Positions 1 to 13,900 of a DNA stretch of 64,000 nucleotides are shown in pieces. Positions within the stretch are counted from its first letter, which is position 1. Each line of letters starts with the position of its first letter. Position numbers and translations under genes: made by a program. Source of the stretch: Eledone cirrhosa (Eukaryota); the NCBI GenBank assembly GCA_964016885.1, contig CAXHJY010000096.1:1178001-1242000 (forward strand). Direction: 5' to 3'. The notes under the pieces were generated by a model. That model made no database searches. It had not been told where the DNA came from and was given only the letters and a program-made list of their open reading frames with translations.

Positions 1-540
1 ATTTCCCGCCAGCCAAGGGAAGATAATATTTGAAAAAATCAGGCGGAGATAATTTGTAAAAAAAATCAGGGGGAGATAATTTGTAAAAAAATCAGGGGGA
101 GATAATTTGTAAAAAAAAAATCATGGGGAGATAATTTGTAAAAAAAATCAGGGGGAGATAATTTGTAAAAAAAAATCAGGGGTAGATAAATTGTAAAAAA
201 AAATCAGGGGGAGATAATTTGTAAAAAAAATCAGGGGGAGATAATTTGTAAAAAAAATGAAAGGGGAGATAATATCCAGCCGTCCAAGGGGAGATAATTT
301 CCAGCCGTCCAAGGGGAGATAATTTCCAGCCGTCCAAGGGGAGATAATTTCCATCCTTCCAAGGGGATATAATTTCCAGCCGTCCAAGGGGAGATAATTT
401 CCCGCCAGCCAAGGGAAGATAATTTTTAAAAAAATCAGGCGGAGATTGTAAAAAAAATCAGGGGGGAGATAATTTGTAAAAAAATCAGGGGGAGATAATT
501 TGTAAAAAAAAATCAGGGGGAGATAATTTGTAAAAAATAA

Positions 541-568
541 TCAGGGGGAGATAATTTGTAAAAAAAAA
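541..568 (+). repeat. Example type-A monomer TCAGGGGGAGATAATTTGT(A)n, n usually 7-9 (26-28 bp; this copy n=9)
   Basis: Read directly. Tandem runs of this unit reach about 13 copies, e.g. ~19762-20114. Confidence 0.98.
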
Positions 569-1908
569 TCAAGGGGAGATAATTTCCAGCCGTCCAAGGG
601 GAGGTAATATCTAGCCGTCCAAGGGGAGATAATTTCCAGCCGTCCAACGGGAGATAATTTCCAGCCGTCCATGGGTAGATAATATCCAGCCGCCCAAGGA
701 CATATTTTCCAGCCGTCCAAGGAGAGGTAATTTCTAGCCGTCCAAGGGGAGATAATTACAGCCGTCCAAGGGTAGATAATATCCAGCCGTCCAAGGACAT
801 ATTTTCCAGCCGTCCAAGGAGAGGTAATTTCTAGCCGTCCAAGGGGAGATAAATTCCAGCCTCCAAGGGGAGATAATTTCCAGCCAGCCAAGGGGAGATA
901 ATTTGTAAAAAAATCAGGGGGAGATAATTTGTAAAAAAATCAGGGGGAGATAATTTGTAAAAAAAATCAGGGGGAGATAATTTGTAAAAAAAAATCAGGG
1001 GGAGATAATTTGCAAAAAAAATCAGGGGGAGATAATTTGTAAAAAAAAATCAGGGGTAGATAATTTGTAAAAAAAAATCAGGGGGAGATAATTTGTAAAA
1101 AAAAATCAGGGGGAGATAATTTGTAAAAAAAATCAAGGGGAGATAATTTCCAGCCGTCCAAGGGAAGATAATTTCCAGCCCTCCAAGGGGCTATAATTTC
1201 CAGCGTCCAAGGGGAGATAATTTCCAGCCAGCGAAGGGGAGATAATTTTTTTTTTAAAATCATTGGGAGATTTGTAAAAAAAATCAGGGGGAGATAATTT
1301 GCAAAAAAAATCAAGGGGAGATAATTTCCAGCCGTCCAAGGGGAGGTAATATCTAGCCGTCCAAGGGGAGATAATTTCCAGCCGTCCAACGGGAGATAAT
1401 TTCCAGCCGTCCATGGGTAGATAATATCCAGCCGCCCAAGGACATATTTTCCAGCCGTCCAAGGAGAGGTAATTTCTAGCCGTCCAAGGGGAGATAATTT
1501 CCAGTCGTCCAAGGGTAGATAATATCCAGCCGTCCAAGGACATATTTTCCAGCCGTCCAAGGAGAGGTAATTTCTAGCCGTCCAAGGGGAGATAAATTCC
1601 AGCCTCCAAGGGGAGATAATTTCCAGCCAGCCAAGGGGAGATAATTTGTAAAAAAATCAGGGGGAGATAATTTGTAAAAAAAATCAGGGGGAGATAATTT
1701 GTAAAAAAAAATCAGGGGGAGATAATTTGTAAAAAAAAATCAGGGGGAGATAATTTGCAAAAAAAATCAGGGGGAGATAATTTGTAAAAAAAAATCAGGG
1801 GTAGATAATTTGTAAAAAAAAATCAGGGGGAGATAATTTGTAAAAAAAAATCAGGGGGAGATAATTTGTAAAAAAAATCAAGGGGAGATAATTTCCAGCC
1901 GTCCAAGG
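569..1908 (+). repeat. Local duplication with ~742-745 bp period (569-1163 vs 1311-1908)
   Basis: Same ordered rare variants in both copies (CCAACGGG, CCATGGGTAG, CCGCCCAAGGACAT, TTTGCAAAA). A few indels shift the offset from 742 to 745. Confidence 0.85.
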
Positions 1909-4900
1909 AGAGATAATTTTAAAAAAAATCAGGCGGAGATAATTTGTAAAAAAAAATCAGGGGGAGATAATTTGTAAAAAAAATCAGGGGGAGATAATTT
2001 GTAAAAAAAAATCAGGGGTAGATAATTTGTAAAAAAAAATCAGGGGGAGATAATTTGTAAAAAAAAATCAGGGGGAGATAATTTGTAAAAAAAATCAAGG
2101 GGAGATAATTTCCAGCCGTCCAAGGAGAGATAATTTAAAAAAAAATCAGGGGGAGATAATTTGTAAAAAAAATCAAGGGGAGATAATTTCCAGCCGTCCA
2201 AGGGGAGATAATTTTCAGCCGTCCAAGGGGAGATAATTTCCCGCCAGCCAAGGGAAGATAATATTCAAAAAAATCAGGCGGAGATAATTTGTAAAAAAAA
2301 TCAGGGGGAGATAATTTGTAAAAAAATCAGGGGGAGATAATTTGTAAAAAAAAAAATCAGGGGGAGATAATTTGTAAAAAAAATCAGGGGGAGATAATTT
2401 GTAAAAAAAAATCAGGGGTAGATAATTTGTAAAAAAAAATCAGGGGGAGATAATTTGTAAAAAAAAATCAGGGGGAGATAATTTGTAAAAAAAATGAAAG
2501 GGGAGATAATATCCAGCCGTCCAAGGGGAGATAATTTCCAGCCGTCCAAGGGGAGATAATTTCCAGCCGTCCAAGGGGAGATAATTTCCATCCTTCCAAG
2601 GGGATATAATTTCCAGCCGTCCAAGGGGAGATAATTTCCATCCTTCCAAGGGGATATAATTTCCAGCCGTCCAAGGGGAGATAATTTTCAGCCGTCCAAG
2701 GAGAGGTAATTTCTAGCCGTCCAAGGAGAGATAATTTCCAGCCGTCCAAGGGGAGATAATTTCCAGCCGTCCAAGGGGAGATAATTTCCAGCCGTCCAAG
2801 GAGAGGTAATTCCTAGCCGTCCAAGGGGAGATAAATTCCAGCCTCCAAGGGGAGATAATTTCCAGCCAGCCAAGGGGAGATAATTTGTAAAGAAATCAGG
2901 GGGAGATAATTTGTAAAAAAAATCAGGGGGAGATAATTTGTAAAAAAAATCAGGGGGAGATAATTTGTAAAAAAAAATCAGGGGGAGATAATTTGTAAAA
3001 AAAATCAAGGGGAGATAATTTCCAGCCGTCCAAGGGAAGATAATTTCCAGCCCTCCAAGGGGCTATAATTTCCAGCGTCCAAGGGGAGATAATTTCCAGC
3101 CAGCGAAGGGGAGATAATTTTTTTAAAAAAATCATTGGGAGATTTGTAAAAAAATCAGGGGGAGATAATTTGTAAAAAAAATCAAGGGGAGATAATTTCC
3201 AGCCGTCCAAGGGGAGGTAATATCTAGCCGTCCAAGGGGTGATAATTTCCAGCCGTCCAAGGGGAGATAATTTCCAGCCGTCCAAGGGTAGATAATATCC
3301 AGCCGTCCAAGGACATATTTTCCAGCCGTCCAAGGAGAGGTAATTTCTAGCCGTCCAAGGGGAGATAAATTCCAGCCTCCAAGGTGAGATAATTTCCATC
3401 CAGCCAAGGGGAGATAATTTGTAAAAAAATCAGGGGGAGATAATTTGTAAAAAAAATCAGGGGGAGATAATTTGTAAAAAAAAATCAGGGGGAGATAATT
3501 TGTAAAAAAAATCAAGGGGAGATAATTTCCAGCCGTCCAAGGGGAGATAATTTTCAGCCGTCCAAGGGGAGATAATTTCCCGCCAGCCAAGGGAAGATAA
3601 TATTTAAAAAAATCAGGCGGAGATAATTTGTAAAAAAAATCAGGGGGAGATAATTTGTAAAAAAATCAGGGGGAGATAATTTGTAAAAAAAAAATCAGGG
3701 GGAGATAATTTGTAAAAAAAATCAGGGGGAGATAATTTGTAAAAAAAAATCAGGGGTAGATAAATTGTAAAAAAAAATCAGGGGGAGATAATTTGTAAAA
3801 AAAATCAGGGGGAGATAATTTGTAAAAAAAATGAAAGGGGAGATAATATCCAGCCGTCCAAGGGGAGATAATTTCCAGCCGTCCAAGGGGAGATAATTTC
3901 CAGCCGTCCAAGGGGAGATAATTTCCATCCTTCCAAGGGGATATAATTTCCAGCCGTCCAAGGGGAGATAATTTCCCGCCAGCCAAGGGAAGATAATATT
4001 TAAAAAAATTAGGCGGAGATAATTTGTAAAAAAAATCAGGGGGAGATAATTTGTAAAAAATCAGGGGGAGATAATTTGTAAAAAAGATCAGGGGGAGATA
4101 ATTTGTAAAAAAAATCATGGGGAGATAATTTGTAAAAAAAAATCAGGGGTAGATAATTTGTAAAAAAAAATCAGGGGGAGATAATTTGTAAAAAAAAATC
4201 AGGGGGAGATAATTTGTAAAAAAAATCAAGGGGAGATAATTTCCAGCCGTCCAAGGAGAGATAATTTAAAAAAAAATCAGGCGGAGATAATTTGTAAAAA
4301 AAATCATGGAGAGATAATTTCCAGCCGTCCAAGGGGAGATAATTTCCAGCCGTCCAAGGAGACATATTTTCCAGCCGTCCAAGGCGAGGTAATTTCTAGC
4401 CGTCCAAGGGGAGATAAATTCCAGCCTCCAAGGGGAGATAATTTCCAGCCAGCCAAGTGGAGATAATTTGTAAAAAAATCAGGGGGAGATAATTTGTAAA
4501 AAATATCAGGGAGATAATTTGTAAAAAAAAATCAGGGGGAGATAATTTGTAAAAAAAATCAGGGGGAGATAATTTGTAAAAAAAAATCAGGGGGAGATAA
4601 TTTGTAAAAAAAATCAAGGGGAGATAATTTCCAGCCGTCCAAGGGGAGATAATTTTCAGCCGTCCAAGGGGAGATAATTTCCCGCCAGCCAAGGGAAGAT
4701 AATATTTAAAAAAATCAGGCGGAGATAATTTGTAAAAAAAATCAGGGGGAGATAATTTGTAAAAAAATCAGGGGGAGATAATTTGTAAAAAAAAAATCAG
4801 GGGGAGATAATTTGTAAAAAAAATCAGGGGGAGATAATTTGTAAAAAAAAATCAGGGGTAGATAATTTGTAAACAAAAATCAGGGGGAGATAATTTGTAA

Positions 4901-7900
4901 AAAAAAATCAGGGGGAGATAATTTGTAAAAAAAATGAAAGGGGAGATAATATCCAGCCGTCCAAGGGGAGATAATTTCCAGCCGTCCAAGGGGATATAAT
5001 TTCCAGCCGTCCAAGGGGAGATAATTTCCATCCTTCCAAGGGGATATAATTTCCAGCCGTCCAAGGGGAGATAATTTCCCGCCAGCCAAGGGAAGATAAT
5101 TTTTAAAAAAATCAGGCGGAGATTGTAAAAAAAATCAGGGGGGAGATAATTTGTAAAAAAATCAGGGGGAGATAATTTGTAAAAAATAATCAGGGGGAGA
5201 TAATTTGTAAAAAAATTCAAGGGGAGATAATTTCCAGCCGTCCAAGGGGAGATAATTTCCCGCCAGCCAAGGGAAGATAATATTTAAAAAAATCAGGCGG
5301 AGATTGTAAAAAAAATCAGGGGGGAGATAATTTGTAAAAAAATCAGGGGGAGATAATTTGTAAAAAAAATCAGGGGGAGATAATTTGTAAAAAAATCAGG
5401 GGGAGATAATTTGTAAAAAAAATCAGGGGGAGATAATTTGTAAAAAAAATCATGGGGAGATAATTTGTAAAAAGAAATCAGGGGTAGATAATTTGTAAAA
5501 AAAAATCAGGGGGAGATAATTTGTAAAAAAAAATCAGGGGGAGATAATTTGTAAAAAAAATCAAGGGGAGATAATATCCAGCCGTCCAAGGAGAGATAAT
5601 TTTAAAAAAAAATGAGGCGGAGATAATTTGTAAAAAAAAAAATCAGGGGGAGTTAATTTGTAAAAAAAAATGAGGGGGAGATAATTTGTAAAAAAAATCA
5701 AGGGGAGATAATTTCCAGCCGTCCAAGGGGAGATAATTTTCAGCCGTCCAAGGAGAGGTAATTTCTAGCCGTCCAAGGGGAGATAATTTCCAGCCGTCCA
5801 AGGGGAGGTAATTTCCAGCCGTCCAAGGGGAGATAATTTAAAAAAAAAAATCAGGCGGAGATAATTTGTAAAAAAAATCAAGGGGAGATAATTTGCAGCC
5901 GTCCAAGGGGAGATAATTTTCAGTCGTCCAAGGAGAGGTAATTTCTAGCCGTCCAAGGGGAGATAATTTCCAGCCGTCCAAGGGGAGATAATTTCCAGCC
6001 GTCCAAGGGGAGATAATTTTTTTTAAAAAATCAGGCGGAGATAATTTGTAAAAAAAATCAGGGGGAGATAATTTGTAAACAAAATCAGGGGGAGATAATT
6101 TGTAAAAAAAAATCAGGGGGAGATAATTTGTAAAAAAAATTAGGCGTAGATAATTTGTAAAAAAAAATCAGGGGGAGATAATTTGTAAAAAAAAATCAGG
6201 GGGAGATAATTTGTTTAAAAAATCAAGGGGAGATAATTTGCAGCCGTCCAAGGGGAGATAATTTTCAGCCGTCCAAGGAGAGGTAATTTCTAGCCGTTCA
6301 AGGGGAGATAATGTCCAGCCGTCCAAGGGGAGATAATTTCCAGCCGTCCAAGGGGAGATAATTTTTTTTTAAAAATCAGGCGGAGATAATTTGTAAAAAA
6401 AAATCAGGGGGAGATAATTCGTAAAAAAAAATCAGGGGGAGATAATTTGTAAAAAAAAATCAGGGGGAGATAATTTGTAAAAAAAATCAAGGGGAGATAA
6501 TTTCCAGCCGTCCAAGGGGAGGTAATATCTAGCCGTCCAAGGGGAGATAATTTCCAGCCGTCCAAGGGGAGATAATTTCCAGCCGTCCAAGGGGAGATAA
6601 TTTCCAGCCGTCCAAGGAGACATATTTTCCAGCCGTCCAAGGCGAGGTAATTTCTAGCCGTCCAAGGGGAGATAAATTCCAGCCTCCAAGGGGAGATAAT
6701 TTCCAGCCAGCCAAGGGGAGATAATTTGTAAAAAAATCAGGGGGAGATAATTTGTAAAAAATATCAGGGAGATAATTTGTAAAAAAAAATCAGGGGGAGA
6801 TAATTTGAAAAAAAATCAGGGGGAGATAATTTGTAAAAAAAAATCAGGGGGAGATAATTTGTAAAAAAAATCAAGGGGAGATAATTTCCAGCCGTCCAAG
6901 GGGAGATAATTTTCAGCCGTCCAAAGAGAGGTAATTTCTAACCGTCCGAGGAGAGATAATTTCCAGCCGTCCAAGGGGAGATAATTTCCAGCCGTCCAAG
7001 GGGAGATAATTTCCAGCCGTCCAAGGAGACATATTTTCCAGCCGTCCAAGGAGAGGTAATTTCTAGCCGTCCAAGGGGAGATAAATTCCAGCCTCCAAGG
7101 GGAGATAATTTCCAGCCAGCCAAATGGAGATAATTTGTAAAAAAATCAGGGGGAGATAATTTGCAAAAAAAATCAGGGGGAGATAATTTGTAAAAAATAA
7201 TCAGGGGGAGATAATTTCCAGCCGTCCAAGGGGAGATAATTTTAAAAAAAATCAGGCGGAGATAATTTGTAAAAAAAAATCAGGGGGAGATAATTTGTAA
7301 AAAAAAATCAGGGGGAGATAATTTGTAAAAAAAATCAAGGGGAGATAATTTCCAGCCGTCCAAGGGAAGATAATTTCCAGCCCTCCAAGGGGCTATAATT
7401 TCCAGTGTCCAAGGGGAGATAATTTCCAGCCAGCGAAGGGGAGATAATTTTTTTTAAAAAATCATTGGGAGATTTGTAAAAAAAATCAGGGGGAGATAAT
7501 TTGTAAAAAAAATCAAGGGGAGATAATTTCCAGCCCTCCAAGGGGCTATAATTTCCAGCCTCCAAGGGGAGATAATTTCCAGCCAGCCAAGGGGAGATAA
7601 TTTGTAAAAAAATCAGGGGGAGATAATTTGTAAAAAAAATCAGGGGGAGATAATTTGTAAAAAAAAATCAGGGGGAGATAATTTGTAAAAAAAAATCAGG
7701 GGGAGATAATTTGCAAAAAAAATCAGGGGGAGATAATTTGTAAAAAAAAATCAGGGGTAGATAATTTGTAAAAAAAAATCAGGGGGAGATAATTTGTAAA
7801 AAAAAAATCAGGGGGAGATAATTTGTAAAAAAAATCAAGGGGAGATAATTTCCAGCCGTCCAAGGAGAGATAATTTTAAAAAAAATCAGGCGGAGATAAT

Positions 7901-10900
7901 TTGTAAAAAAAAATCAGGGGGAGATAATTTGTAAAAAAAATCAGGGGGAGATAATTTGTAAAAAAAAATCAGGGGTAGATAATTTGTAAAAAAAAATCAG
8001 GGGGAGATAATTTGTAAAAAAAAATCAGGGGGAGATAATTTGTAAAAAAAATCAAGGGGAGATAATTTCCAGCCGTCCAAGGAGAGATAATTTAAAAAAA
8101 AATCAGGGGGAGATAATTTGTAAAAAAAATCAAGGGGAGATAATTTCCAGCCGTCCAAGGGGAGATAATTTTCAGCCGTCCAAGGGGAGATAATTTCCCG
8201 CCAGCCAAGGGAAGATAATATTCAAAAAAATCAGGCGGAGATAATTTGTAAAAAAAATCAGGGGGAGATAATTTGTAAAAAAATCAGGGGGAGATAATTT
8301 GTAAAAAAAAAAATCAGGGGGAGATAATTTGTAAAAAAAATCAGGGGGAGATAATTTGTAAAAAAAAATCAGGGGTAGATAATTTGTAAAAAAAAATCAG
8401 GGGGAGATAATTTGTAAAAAAAAATCAGGGGGAGATAATTTGTAAAAAAAATGAAAGGGGAGATAATATCCAGCCGTCCAAGGGGAGATAATTTCCAGCC
8501 GTCCAAGGGGAGATAATTTCCAGCCGTCCAAGGGGAGATAATTTCCATCCTTCCAAGGGGATATAATTTCCAGCCGTCCAAGGGGAGATAATTTCCATCC
8601 TTCCAAGGGGATATAATTTCCAGCCGTCCAAGGGGAGATAATTTTCAGCCGTCCAAGGAGAGGTAATTTCTAGCCGTCCAAGGAGAGATAATTTCCAGCC
8701 GTCCAAGGGGAGATAATTTCCAGCCGTCCAAGGGGAGATAATTTCCAGCCGTCCAAGGAGAGGTAATTCCTAGCCGTCCAAGGGGAGATAAATTCCAGCC
8801 TCCAAGGGGAGATAATTTCCAGCCAGCCAAGGGGAGATAATTTGTAAAGAAATCAGGGGGAGATAATTTGTAAAAAAAATCAGGGGGAGATAATTTGTAA
8901 AAAAAATCAGGGGGAGATAATTTGTAAAAAAAAATCAGGGGGAGATAATTTGTAAAAAAAATCAAGGGGAGATAATTTCCAGCCGTCCAAGGGAAGATAA
9001 TTTCCAGCCCTCCAAGGGGCTATAATTTCCAGCGTCCAAGGGGAGATAATTTCCAGCCAGCGAAGGGGAGATAATTTTTTTAAAAAAATCATTGGGAGAT
9101 TTGTAAAAAAATCAGGGGGAGATAATTTGTAAAAAAAATCAAGGGGAGATAATTTCCAGCCGTCCAAGGGGAGGTAATATCTAGCCGTCCAAGGGGTGAT
9201 AATTTCCAGCCGTCCAAGGGGAGATAATTTCCAGCCGTCCAAGGGTAGATAATATCCAGCCGTCCAAGGACATATTTTCCAGCCGTCCAAGGAGAGGTAA
9301 TTTCTAGCCGTCCAAGGGGAGATAAATTCCAGCCTCCAAGGTGAGATAATTTCCATCCAGCCAAGGGGAGATAATTTGTAAAAAAATCAGGGGGAGATAA
9401 TTTGTAAAAAAAATCAGGGGGAGATAATTTGTAAAAAAAAATCAGGGGGAGATAATTTGTAAAAAAAATCAAGGGGAGATAATTTCCAGCCGTCCAAGGG
9501 GAGATAATTTTCAGCCGTCCAAGGGGAGATAATTTCCCGCCAGCCAAGGGAAGATAATATTTAAAAAAATCAGGCGGAGATAATTTGTAAAAAAAATCAG
9601 GGGGAGATAATTTGTAAAAAAATCAGGGGGAGATAATTTGTAAAAAAAAAATCAGGGGGAGATAATTTGTAAAAAAAATCAGGGGGAGATAATTTGTAAA
9701 AAAAAATCAGGGGTAGATAAATTGTAAAAAAAAATCAGGGGGAGATAATTTGTAAAAAAAATCAGGGGGAGATAATTTGTAAAAAAAATGAAAGGGGAGA
9801 TAATATCCAGCCGTCCAAGGGGAGATAATTTCCAGCCGTCCAAGGGGAGATAATTTCCAGCCGTCCAAGGGGAGATAATTTCCATCCTTCCAAGGGGATA
9901 TAATTTCCAGCCGTCCAAGGGGAGATAATTTCCCGCCAGCCAAGGGAAGATAATATTTAAAAAAATTAGGCGGAGATAATTTGTAAAAAAAATCAGGGGG
10001 AGATAATTTGTAAAAAATCAGGGGGAGATAATTTGTAAAAAAGATCAGGGGGAGATAATTTGTAAAAAAAATCATGGGGAGATAATTTGTAAAAAAAAAT
10101 CAGGGGTAGATAATTTGTAAAAAAAAATCAGGGGGAGATAATTTGTAAAAAAAAATCAGGGGGAGATAATTTGTAAAAAAAATCAAGGGGAGATAATTTC
10201 CAGCCGTCCAAGGAGAGATAATTTAAAAAAAAATCAGGCGGAGATAATTTGTAAAAAAAATCATGGAGAGATAATTTCCAGCCGTCCAAGGGGAGATAAT
10301 TTCCAGCCGTCCAAGGAGACATATTTTCCAGCCGTCCAAGGCGAGGTAATTTCTAGCCGTCCAAGGGGAGATAAATTCCAGCCTCCAAGGGGAGATAATT
10401 TCCAGCCAGCCAAGTGGAGATAATTTGTAAAAAAATCAGGGGGAGATAATTTGTAAAAAATATCAGGGAGATAATTTGTAAAAAAAAATCAGGGGGAGAT
10501 AATTTGTAAAAAAAATCAGGGGGAGATAATTTGTAAAAAAAAATCAGGGGGAGATAATTTGTAAAAAAAATCAAGGGGAGATAATTTCCAGCCGTCCAAG
10601 GGGAGATAATTTTCAGCCGTCCAAGGGGAGATAATTTCCCGCCAGCCAAGGGAAGATAATATTTAAAAAAATCAGGCGGAGATAATTTGTAAAAAAAATC
10701 AGGGGGAGATAATTTGTAAAAAAATCAGGGGGAGATAATTTGTAAAAAAAAAATCAGGGGGAGATAATTTGTAAAAAAAATCAGGGGGAGATAATTTGTA
10801 AAAAAAAATCAGGGGTAGATAATTTGTAAACAAAAATCAGGGGGAGATAATTTGTAAAAAAAAATCAGGGGGAGATAATTTGTAAAAAAAATGAAAGGGG

Positions 10901-13900
10901 AGATAATATCCAGCCGTCCAAGGGGAGATAATTTCCAGCCGTCCAAGGGGATATAATTTCCAGCCGTCCAAGGGGAGATAATTTCCATCCTTCCAAGGGG
11001 ATATAATTTCCAGCCGTCCAAGGGGAGATAATTTCCCGCCAGCCAAGGGAAGATAATTTTTAAAAAAATCAGGCGGAGATTGTAAAAAAAATCAGGGGGG
11101 AGATAATTTGTAAAAAAATCAGGGGGAGATAATTTGTAAAAAATAATCAGGGGGAGATAATTTGTAAAAAAATTCAAGGGGAGATAATTTCCAGCCGTCC
11201 AAGGGGAGATAATTTCCCGCCAGCCAAGGGAAGATAATATTTAAAAAAATCAGGCGGAGATTGTAAAAAAAATCAGGGGGGAGATAATTTGTAAAAAAAT
11301 CAGGGGGAGATAATTTGTAAAAAAAATCAGGGGGAGATAATTTGTAAAAAAATCAGGGGGAGATAATTTGTAAAAAAAATCAGGGGGAGATAATTTGTAA
11401 AAAAAATCATGGGGAGATAATTTGTAAAAAGAAATCAGGGGTAGATAATTTGTAAAAAAAAATCAGGGGGAGATAATTTGTAAAAAAAAATCAGGGGGAG
11501 ATAATTTGTAAAAAAAATCAAGGGGAGATAATATCCAGCCGTCCAAGGAGAGATAATTTTAAAAAAAAATGAGGCGGAGATAATTTGTAAAAAAAAAAAT
11601 CAGGGGGAGTTAATTTGTAAAAAAAAATGAGGGGGAGATAATTTGTAAAAAAAATCAAGGGGAGATAATTTCCAGCCGTCCAAGGGGAGATAATTTTCAG
11701 CCGTCCAAGGAGAGGTAATTTCTAGCCGTCCAAGGGGAGATAATTTCCAGCCGTCCAAGGGGAGGTAATTTCCAGCCGTCCAAGGGGAGATAATTTAAAA
11801 AAAAAAATCAGGCGGAGATAATTTGTAAAAAAAATCAAGGGGAGATAATTTGCAGCCGTCCAAGGGGAGATAATTTTCAGTCGTCCAAGGAGAGGTAATT
11901 TCTAGCCGTCCAAGGGGAGATAATTTCCAGCCGTCCAAGGGGAGATAATTTCCAGCCGTCCAAGGGGAGATAATTTTTTTTAAAAAATCAGGCGGAGATA
12001 ATTTGTAAAAAAAATCAGGGGGAGATAATTTGTAAACAAAATCAGGGGGAGATAATTTGTAAAAAAAAATCAGGGGGAGATAATTTGTAAAAAAAATTAG
12101 GCGTAGATAATTTGTAAAAAAAAATCAGGGGGAGATAATTTGTAAAAAAAAATCAGGGGGAGATAATTTGTTTAAAAAATCAAGGGGAGATAATTTGCAG
12201 CCGTCCAAGGGGAGATAATTTTCAGCCGTCCAAGGAGAGGTAATTTCTAGCCGTTCAAGGGGAGATAATGTCCAGCCGTCCAAGGGGAGATAATTTCCAG
12301 CCGTCCAAGGGGAGATAATTTTTTTTTAAAAATCAGGCGGAGATAATTTGTAAAAAAAAATCAGGGGGAGATAATTCGTAAAAAAAAATCAGGGGGAGAT
12401 AATTTGTAAAAAAAAATCAGGGGGAGATAATTTGTAAAAAAAATCAAGGGGAGATAATTTCCAGCCGTCCAAGGGGAGGTAATATCTAGCCGTCCAAGGG
12501 GAGATAATTTCCAGCCGTCCAAGGGGAGATAATTTCCAGCCGTCCAAGGGGAGATAATTTCCAGCCGTCCAAGGAGACATATTTTCCAGCCGTCCAAGGC
12601 GAGGTAATTTCTAGCCGTCCAAGGGGAGATAAATTCCAGCCTCCAAGGGGAGATAATTTCCAGCCAGCCAAGGGGAGATAATTTGTAAAAAAATCAGGGG
12701 GAGATAATTTGTAAAAAATATCAGGGAGATAATTTGTAAAAAAAAATCAGGGGGAGATAATTTGTAAAAAAAATCAGGGGGAGATAATTTGTAAAAAAAA
12801 ATCAGGGGGAGATAATTTGTAAAAAAAATCAAGGGGAGATAATTTCCAGCCGTCCAAGGGGAGATAATTTTCAGCCGTCCAAAGAGAGGTAATTTCTAAC
12901 CGTCCGAGGAGAGATAATTTCCAGCCGTCCAAGGGGAGATAATTTCCAGCCGTCCAAGGGGAGATAATTTCCAGCCGTCCAAGGAGACATATTTTCCAGC
13001 CGTCCAAGGAGAGGTAATTTCTAGCCGTCCAAGGGGAGATAAATTCCAGCCTCCAAGGGGAGATAATTTCCAGCCAGCCAAATGGAGATAATTTGTAAAA
13101 AAATCAGGGGGAGATAATTTGCAAAAAAAATCAGGGGGAGATAATTTGTAAAAAATAATCAGGGGGAGATAATTTCCAGCCGTCCAAGGGGAGATAATTT
13201 TAAAAAAAATCAGGCGGAGATAATTTGTAAAAAAAAATCAGGGGGAGATAATTTGTAAAAAAAAATCAGGGGGAGATAATTTGTAAAAAAAATCAAGGGG
13301 AGATAATTTCCAGCCGTCCAAGGGAAGATAATTTCCAGCCCTCCAAGGGGCTATAATTTCCAGTGTCCAAGGGGAGATAATTTCCAGCCAGCGAAGGGGA
13401 GATAATTTTTTTTAAAAAATCATTGGGAGATTTGTAAAAAAAATCAGGGGGAGATAATTTGTAAAAAAAATCAAGGGGAGATAATTTCCAGCCCTCCAAG
13501 GGGCTATAATTTCCAGCCTCCAAGGGGAGATAATTTCCAGCCAGCCAAGGGGAGATAATTTGTAAAAAAATCAGGGGGAGATAATTTGTAAAAAAAATCA
13601 GGGGGAGATAATTTGTAAAAAAAAATCAGGGGGAGATAATTTGTAAAAAAAAATCAGGGGGAGATAATTTGCAAAAAAAATCAGGGGGAGATAATTTGTA
13701 AAAAAAAATCAGGGGTAGATAATTTGTAAAAAAAAATCAGGGGGAGATAATTTGTAAAAAAAAAATCAGGGGGAGATAATTTGTAAAAAAAATCAAGGGG
13801 AGATAATTTCCAGCCGTCCAAGGAGAGATAATTTTAAAAAAAATCAGGCGGAGATAATTTGTAAAAAAAAATCAGGGGGAGATAATTTGTAAAAAAAATC

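Noticed and set aside
400-450. Fungal regulatory motifs (PacC GCCARG, CreA SYGGRG in GCGGAG, STRE AGGGG) in junction units
   Set aside because: These are 5-6 bp matches expected by chance, there is no gene nearby, and the organism is unknown.
6010-6032. T-run/A-run palindromes (e.g. TTTTTTTTAAAAAA) as terminators or cruciforms
   Set aside because: They are G->T and slippage variants of the type-A tail. There is no GC stem and no upstream transcription unit.
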